Positions 36,180 to 43,246 of a DNA stretch of 43,246 bases are shown piece after piece. The translations under genes were made by a program, and so were the position numbers. The DNA comes from Ministeria vibrans ATCC 50519. Lineage: Eukaryota > Protista > Filasterea. The stretch is from NCBI GenBank assembly GCA_943704425.1, contig CALSCP010002121.1, forward strand, positions 1-43,246, written 5' to 3'. The notes under the pieces are model-generated. The model saw only the letters and a list, made by a program, of their open reading frames with translations. It did no database searches and had not been told where the DNA came from. How positions within the stretch are numbered: the first letter of the stretch is position 1; the number at the start of each line of letters is the position of its first letter.

Positions 36180-37104
36180 GTTGATGACAGTGAATCCAAT
36201 AAATCCCATAATGTGATGAATGAGAGTTTGTTTGGTGAGCGAATTCCATCCAAAAGCACTAAAAATAAAAAAAAATGTGAAAACTGCTGACACCGATTTT
36301 TGGTTGTTTTGCTCACTTGAGGTTTGTGAGAATAGTGAAAAGGTCTGATACAAGATAGCCTGTTGTGATGGAGAAACTAATACGGAGAATATCTGAGGTG
36401 ACAGTGGCGGGAGATGCAAAAGCGTCTAGGCATAAAAATAACAATAACAATAAAATAATTAATAACAATAACAATATTATTGACTCGACGAGTGTCTGTG
36501 AGTTTTTGCTGGTGCATTTACCCGCCACTGTAAAGAGCGCCCAGGCGTCTAGTGCAGACGCTACCAGTGCATGTACACTAGAAACCACTCTGCGCATCAA
36601 AAAACATACAGGTTTAGAGATGTGGAATGAACATGAAGTCATCATAATTATAAATTATTATTATTATGTAGAATAAGAAACGATTCAAAGAGAAGATTTG
36701 AGGAGAGGAAATCACATCTTGAGAAAGATCACAGGGCGTCTAAAGGGCAGCACAGAGGGGTCTCGAAAGACCACCCCGACAGAGTGCTCGCCCCGCCGTG
36801 CTCTCCAGGCTTTCATCACAATCGTAAAATGGTACTCTAAAGTTTTTTGGGAGGTTGGGTTGATGTGGAAAAAGTACCTTGAATTCCAGTCGACACGCTG
36901 CGTGTCCTTCAAATCCGAGTAGGGTTTTCGTATTAAGGCACCTAGAGGAAGAGTATGGGAGGAAGCGATTGGGGAAAAGGTCGCTGTGGAGGGCGTACGA
37001 GAGAGCGGCGTCGAAATGAAGAAGAGCGCTTGCCAGAAAAGGCAGGACAGCGTGGAGATGGTGTAGTGACTGTCGGCCGAGGGAAGTTGTAACATATCCA
37101 GCAT
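36180..37104 (-). CDS. TLC (TRAM-LAG1-CLN8) domain protein, TLCD4/TMEM56-like, 3' part missing
   Basis: Spliced sequence: YSDLKDTQRVDWNSRVVSSVHALVAS..SITTGYLVSDL..LIHHIMG. The expected downstream ExSTPF segment is not found. Confidence 0.8.
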
Positions 37105-37237
37105 AGTCGGTTTTAAAAAATGAAATTGATTATTTTTGTTTATGTGATCGCTTTTAGTAAATCAAAGACAACGACACAACAAGAGGAAAAAAATATAGTT
37201 CGAATAATTGAAAATTCAGAGCGTGCATCGAAATGCT

Positions 37238-37438
37238 TCATTGTGTAGCCCACTTTCGAAATTGAGCGGGCGCTTTCTCATGCTCATACAAAATCATCAA
37301 CTCACTCTCAATCTCACTCTCCTCCACTCCCTCTCTCTCCAAGGCACTCCGCACTGCCTTCTCGTACACAGATCGCCATTGACTTTCCTCCGACGCGAAT
37401 AGATCACTGTGACATCGACGAAGGTGGCGAGGGAGAGT
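37238..37438 (-). CDS. Orphan terminal exon abutting the N gap (..RCHSDLFASEESQWRSVYEKAVRSALEREG..RKWATQ*)
   Basis: About 66 open, protein-like codons ending in TGA; the 5' end runs into the Ns at 37439-37446. Confidence 0.5.
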   Translation of the reverse strand, partial: TLPRHLRRCHSDLFASEESQWRSVYEKAVRSALEREGVEESEIESELMILYEHEKAPAQFRKWATQ

Positions 37439-37457
37439 NNNNNNNNAAGAAACAAAG

Positions 37458-37521
<64 letters not shown>

Positions 37522-37680
37522 TGCCAAGGTGATAGAGAGACAAAGTAATAGACAGAGAAAGTGATACAGAGACAAAGTGATACAGAGAGAGAGACAAAGT
37601 GATACAGAGAGAGAGTGATAAAGAGACAAAGTGATAGAGACAAAGTGATAAAGAGAGAAAGTGAAGAGAGAAAGACAAAG
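37439..37680. repeat. Scaffold gap (8 N) followed by (GA)n and ACAAAGTGATAGAG satellite
   Basis: Directly visible. Confidence 0.95.
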
Positions 37681-37756
37681 AGAGTCAAAGTGAGTCACTT
37701 CTCAGTAAAGCGCTGTTGACGACAACGCTCCACTTCATTCATCCATTAGAGCATGG

Positions 37757-38275
37757 TCATTGGCGCTGGCAAGTGGGAGTGGAGGGAATGGAGAAAGCAG
37801 GAAAGGACAGAGAGAAGAGAAGAGAAGGAGAAAAAAAAAACGTACCGCCTTATAGTGAAATCTGCACTCTTTGTAGTCTTCTAAGTGACCCTTGCATTGC
37901 TCAGCCTATGAAATCAGAGAGTGTGGCATCCGTGAGAAAGGATTCAAGGCGGCAGAAGGGCGATTGTGAGGGAGGACAAACGCGAAAAAGAGAAACGGAA
38001 TCATTGACAAGGAGGAAATTCTCAAAGCAGACAAAGGTCGTCGTGGGGGGACACGCAGCGGCTCAGAGGAGGGCAGAACGCCGTCCTCCCGACCCCCCTC
38101 GAGAGCAGCCCACAGCGTGTGTGCGTGTGTGTGCACATATTATATATATTATGTGTTGTGTTGAGGTTACACTTCTTACCATGTCAAAGCGACCTTCTTT
38201 TTTTGCACACTCCAACACCGCCTCCCACGCAGGGTAGCAACGTGCAATCTTTCCAACACGGGCGACGTCGGCCAT
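37757..38275 (-). CDS. NDUFS5: NADH dehydrogenase subunit NDUFS5-like twin CX9C protein (~54 aa)
   Basis: Exons 38275-38180, 37905-37846 and 37765-37757 give ..RCYPAWEAVLEC..EQCKGHLEDYKECRFHYKARQ*, matching the RCY.FW....EC / C...EDY.EC.HH.K pattern. The last exon is uncertain. Confidence 0.7.
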
Positions 38276-38410
38276 AACGAAAAGATAAAATTAGTGATTG
38301 ATTTATGATTATACTTTATAGTTTTTTCAACTCCTTTGGACTTTGGCTCAGTGGTTTCTTTTTTTGGACTTCTTATCGCGTACCTCTTGGGTGAAGTCTA
38401 AGATCGCACC

Positions 38411-40489
38411 ATGTCGGGCTCGTTATCAAAGCGCAAAAATAAGTTGGGTCTGTCTCTTGCGTCGGCCACTCAAGTGACGAGTGGGGCGCCCCCGTCGCCC
38501 AGCAGCAGTGACAGCAAGTCGCTGGATGGCGGGAGCCTCCTGGGCGACACCATCCCTGCGCCGTATGCCGAGGAGGCGAGCGAGGAGCAGCGTCTTCGAA
38601 TGAAGGAGTTTTTCGAGCGCAAAATGCAAGTGACAAACGCCAGTGACCTCAAAGCGGACGACTTTGAAGCCATTGCTGAGGTACGATGCACCTGCTCGTT
38701 GCCGCTTTCCCCCACAGTTGAAAGGGATTCGTTTTTATTTTATTTTTGCGAATCTGAGCAAAAAAAAAAAAAAAAAAAAAACGCAGCGAACTCTGTCTCA
38801 TCGTACAACGACCGCACGGGCTGTAGCATCGTCGCGACGCTTGCAACGTGCATGTGTGTGTATGTGTGTGCTCACCCTGGTCTGCGCCGGCTCTGCTTGG
38901 CTGTCGCAACCTTGAAACACCGGAAGCGTTTTGTTGACTTATTTTGGGTTGTGTCTTGTCTGAAACGCAGTTGGGCAGTGGCAGTGGCGGCGTGGTCAAG
39001 AAGGTCAGACATGTGCCTTCGAACATCATTATGGCGCGAAAGGTAGGCCAAGATGGATTGTGGGAAGAGAACGAGGGAGAATTGATCTTTGGGTGTGCGT
39101 GTGTAGTTGATTCATATGGAAATCAAGCCAACGGTCGCGACGCGAATTCTGCGGGAAATGTCTGTGCTGCACGAGTGCAAGTCGTCGTACATTGTTGGAT
39201 TCTATGGAGCGTTCTTCACCGATGGCGATGTGTCCGTCTGCATGGAGTACATGGTGAGCATTCCGTAGAGTGAGTGCGCCCCAGACTTGAGACTGATTGT
39301 TGTCTTTGTATGTTGTAGGACACTGGGTCACTTGACAATGTACTGAAAGTGTGCAACAAAATACCCGAGCGGATTGTAGGCAAGGTCGCAGCGGCTGTGC
39401 TGCGCGGACTACTTTACTTGCGCGATGTGCATCACATCATCCACCGTGGTAGGAGACAACTTTTCGCGGGGTGGTGAGAGCGTCGAAAGCGTGTGTGTGG
39501 CGAGTGTGTGTTCGTGGGGTGTTATCAGTGTGTTTAGTGTGTTGTTGGTAGCGTGTTGGTGTCGCGTGGTTTGCTTCGTATTTGCACGGTACTCAAGTGT
39601 GTTGAATGTTTAGATGTGAAGCCGAGCAATATCCTGATGAACAGTTCGGGGGACATCAAGTTGTGCGACTTTGGAGTGAGTGGTGAGCTCATCAACTCAA
39701 TGGCGACTTCCTTTGTGGGTACTCGCTCGTACATGGCCGTAAGATATACTGTTTTTGTTTTTGTTTTTTGTTTTCCCTTGTGTGTATATGTGTGTGTGTG
39801 TGTGTGGTATGTGTGTGTGTGTATGTGATGCTTAAGCTTCTCACTTCATCCGTTCCTAACTCTTTTTCTTTTTCTTTTGTATTCTGTAGCCGGAACGACT
39901 GGAAGGCAAAAAGTACACAGTGCAGAGTGACGTATGGTCACTAGGTCTGTCGTTGATTGAGCTGGCAACGGGGCGGTTTCCCATCCCGCCCGATCCGCAA
40001 GACACTCCACTGTCGCCGCCCCACTCCCAGGCCGCCTCTGCCTCTGCCTCTGCTCGGCCCCCTTCCACCTCCTCTGCCTCCTCCAACAACTCCAATCGCC
40101 TCCCCATGAGCATCTTTGAGCTTCTCGGTTACATCGTTCATGGCTCCCCCCCATCCCTCCCCATCTCTCCCGATTACTCTGGTGATTTCCGTGACTTTGT
40201 CGACAAATGGTATCGAAACGTTTTGTGTGTATTTTTCTGTTGTTGTGCAATTGAAACTGGATTGTGTGTGTGCAATAGTTTGCAGAAGAATCCAGCGCAT
40301 CGACCCGACGCAAAGACACTTGTAGAACACCCCTTCATCAAAAAGTGTACGAGAGAGAGACAGGCAAATAAAATGATAGAGAGAGTGTGTGTCTGTGTCT
40401 GTGATGTGACTGATGCTGTGTTTTGCGTAGGGGACAAAGCTACGACAACTGCCGATGTCGCAGAATGGGCTAAGTCACTCTCTTTGTAA
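38411..40489 (+). CDS. Dual-specificity MAP kinase kinase, MEK1/2-like
   Basis: D-site [77 protein letters not shown] and a Pro-rich insert ending [11 protein letters not shown]; ~8 exons. Confidence 0.95.
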
Positions 40490-40533
40490 TGTACTCCTAT
40501 CTTCCTATCTCTTTTTCTTTCTCTCTGTCGTTG

Positions 40534-41801
40534 CTACCACTGGTGTGCGGGAACCCACTTGTCGAGCACAGGCGAGTCACCGCGCACAACATAGTACTGG
40601 CGGAAGCAAGCGGCAGCCATACACGAGTGGCATGGGATAACCCGCAAAATGGAGCCAATGGGTAGTTTACTGTACGCAATGGGTTCTGTTGCGGTGACCA
40701 CTCCGCATTCTTGCGAAATTTTGCTCAGTGTCAGTGTCTGCTCGTGACCCACTATTACTCCGTAGTGATTCTGTCCTCCTGCGTCTATATAGTGTGTGCG
40801 TTTGGGATCGATTATAGGCAAGATTGATGAGGCTTACCTTTGCTCAGGGCCAAGCCTCCGGCGTCAATTAAAAGTTGATTGCGTTCGGGATAGTGGCTCA
40901 GGACTCGCGTGAGCACTGTGGCTGCACAGTCTGCAAGCGTACACGAGCCCACACTTGCTTGTTGTGCATCGTAGAAGACGTAGTTGCCGGGATGGATCTC
41001 AGTGGCGTGTTTGAAGCTGGAGAGTATCGAGCAGGAAGGCGTGTCGCCAACGGCCACGTCAATGCGCACACCGTGCTCGCGTTCCAGCTCCCCTTGGATC
41101 TCGCTGATCTGCTTGGCTTCTTGCTCTTGAATGGCATTGACCTCCTCGGTCGAGCGGGCTGCGTATGTGTGTCCGCTGTGAGCGTAGAGCCCGCGCAGTT
41201 CGACGTGCTCGCTGCGACTCAGGCGCAGTGCCAGAGCCACTCCGCGTCCTTTCGATGCGGTGGGCACGCCTGCACGGTGATATCCTGCATCGACCTTGAG
41301 CCACACGCGAATGCGGACGCTACTGCCCGCGCTGCGACAGGCTCGCTCGAGTGCGTCGAGTGTGGCGTCGTGGTCGAGAAGCACTGCGAAACGCGGATGC
41401 ACACGGCAGAATTCAACCACCCTGGAGGCCTTGAAGAGCGACAGGGGCACCGAGTACAGGATGTCTTCAAACCCATTGGCTGCCATCAACTCTGCCTCCT
41501 ACCAGAAAGGGATAAATTGATTCACATTTTTTTTTTGTTTTTTACCGCCATTGTCGACACTACAATCGCTGGATCGCTCTGTCCGGCCGTCTGGAGCCTT
41601 GTGCCCTCCACTGTCTTATGGGTTTTCACATGGGGACGTAAACGAACGCCTGCACGTTGAGCAATTTCCTACAGACAAACAAACGATATTAAATGATTCA
41701 TGATTGTGTTGAGAAGATACCGTCATGCGCTTGCAATTTCGTTCAACCACATCCAGGTCAACCACAAATGCCGGGGTGTCAATCTCCGAGAGGGCTGTCA
41801 T
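40534..41801 (-). CDS. DSD1: D-serine dehydratase / D-threonine aldolase-like fold-type III PLP enzyme
   Basis: TPAFVVDLD, LRPHVKTHK (PLP lysine), KVDAGYHRAGV, HSGHTY, EIHPGNYVFYD, IDAGGLALSKD and the HxC zinc site PCHSC; 4 exons. Confidence 0.9.
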
Positions 41802-42249
41802 AAATCAAGTATCAAAATGATTTTGATTTTGATTTTAAAAACAATTTACGACGTGATTGTACATGTCACAGATTGTAAACAAATAAAACAAAATCAATAG
41901 AGCAATGTCAACTAGCCTTAAAGCACCACATGCCTGTAAATACAGCCTGTTTTGACGTCGAAGCAAGGCACACGCTGACTCAGATAATCGCACAGGTCAG
42001 CGTACATGCCACTGAAGGTAGGTCAATGAGAGCCTAAGCAGAAGAGAGCAATACGCTCTCACAAGTCACAACCATCAGTTCCATCACAGGACACAGAGAG
42101 TCACAATAAGCGTAGAAACCACTGCTCTTCTCCTTCTCGGGGGGTTTATTTACTAAAATACGAGAGAGAGAGAGAGAGTTAAGGTTAGGACTGTTCTCTG
42201 ACATAAAATCTCTTTGCTCTTCTGTATATAATTTGCTACGCTTAGTCAG

Positions 42250-42631
42250 TTACATGTCCTTTATTGTCAGCTGCGCTAAAAGCTGTTTGTTTTCACGACG
42301 CAATGTATATAGTTCGCGTCGAATCACATCTAGTTCCTTTGCCATATTGTCCATGTGAGTGATTGTCATGTCCAAAATGTGATTCTACGGATGTGTGAGT
42401 GTTTCGTGTTGATTCTGCCTCTTGCTATGTATCTCTCTCTCCCTTTCTCTCTATCACTTTGGCTCCCTATCTGTCTCTTTCTCTTTCTCCCTTTTCTCTC
42501 TCGAACGCGCCTCTTGTACCTTGCTGACAGTCTCTAATGCTGCAGAGCCTGGTAATCGGCACCGCAGCTCCTCCATCTTTGTGTTTAATCGATCGCGCCG
42601 TCGGCGCTCCACTTCGTTATGTGCTTGCCGT
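42250..42631 (-). CDS. bHLH-leucine zipper transcription factor (Max/Myc/USF class), last two exons; 5' part upstream or outside the window
   Basis: Exon 42631-42520 RQAHNEVERRRRDRLNTKMEELRCRLP..SK joins exon 42384-42250 NHILDMTITHMDNMAKELDVIRRELYTLRRENKQLLAQL..*; H-E-R E-box residues and a Leu heptad are present. Confidence 0.85.
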
Positions 42632-42660
42632 CTAAAACAACACATTACGCTGTAAATAGC

Positions 42661-43246
<586 letters not shown>

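Noticed and set aside
36770-36820. SECIS-like ATGA..GA or TPP riboswitch in the TLC intron
   Set aside because: The location is intronic, the stem is weak with no apical AA at the right spacing, and the TPP core motifs (CUGAGA, CUGAU) are absent.

Overview
Gene-dense eukaryotic DNA with short canonical GT-AG introns and microsatellite-filled introns. It is most likely from a flagellated heterotrophic protist: it carries CFAP53, a MEK1/2-type kinase, a Max/Myc-class bHLH-ZIP and a claudin-like protein, which loosely suggests Amorphea/Obazoa (inference only). I spliced exons by hand and checked reading-frame phases; family calls come from motif recognition, not database searches. About 20 genes or gene fragments are supported: a Crinkler-like PD-(D/E)XK nuclease, a BOR1/SLC4 transporter, a very large USP-MYND deubiquitinase, SMG7/EST1-like, ArgE, a CobW GTPase, RPB11, a GOST/GPR180-like protein, a DEAD-box helicase, SDHAF4, NIP7, GRWD1, CFAP53, a bacterial-type alpha/beta hydrolase, GID4, claudin-like, a TLC-domain protein, NDUFS5-like, MEK1/2, DSD1-like and a bHLH-ZIP. 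The most notable observations are (1) a spliced Crinkler-type restriction-endonuclease-fold gene that the ORF track does not show, and (2) a CobW/COG0523 metallochaperone fused to what looks like an isolated C-terminal domain of a group II PLP decarboxylase. Also of note are (3) several GC-rich structured islands in introns and in a divergent promoter, which are candidate ncRNAs, and (4) orphan half-genes meeting at (GA)n satellites, probably assembly collapses.
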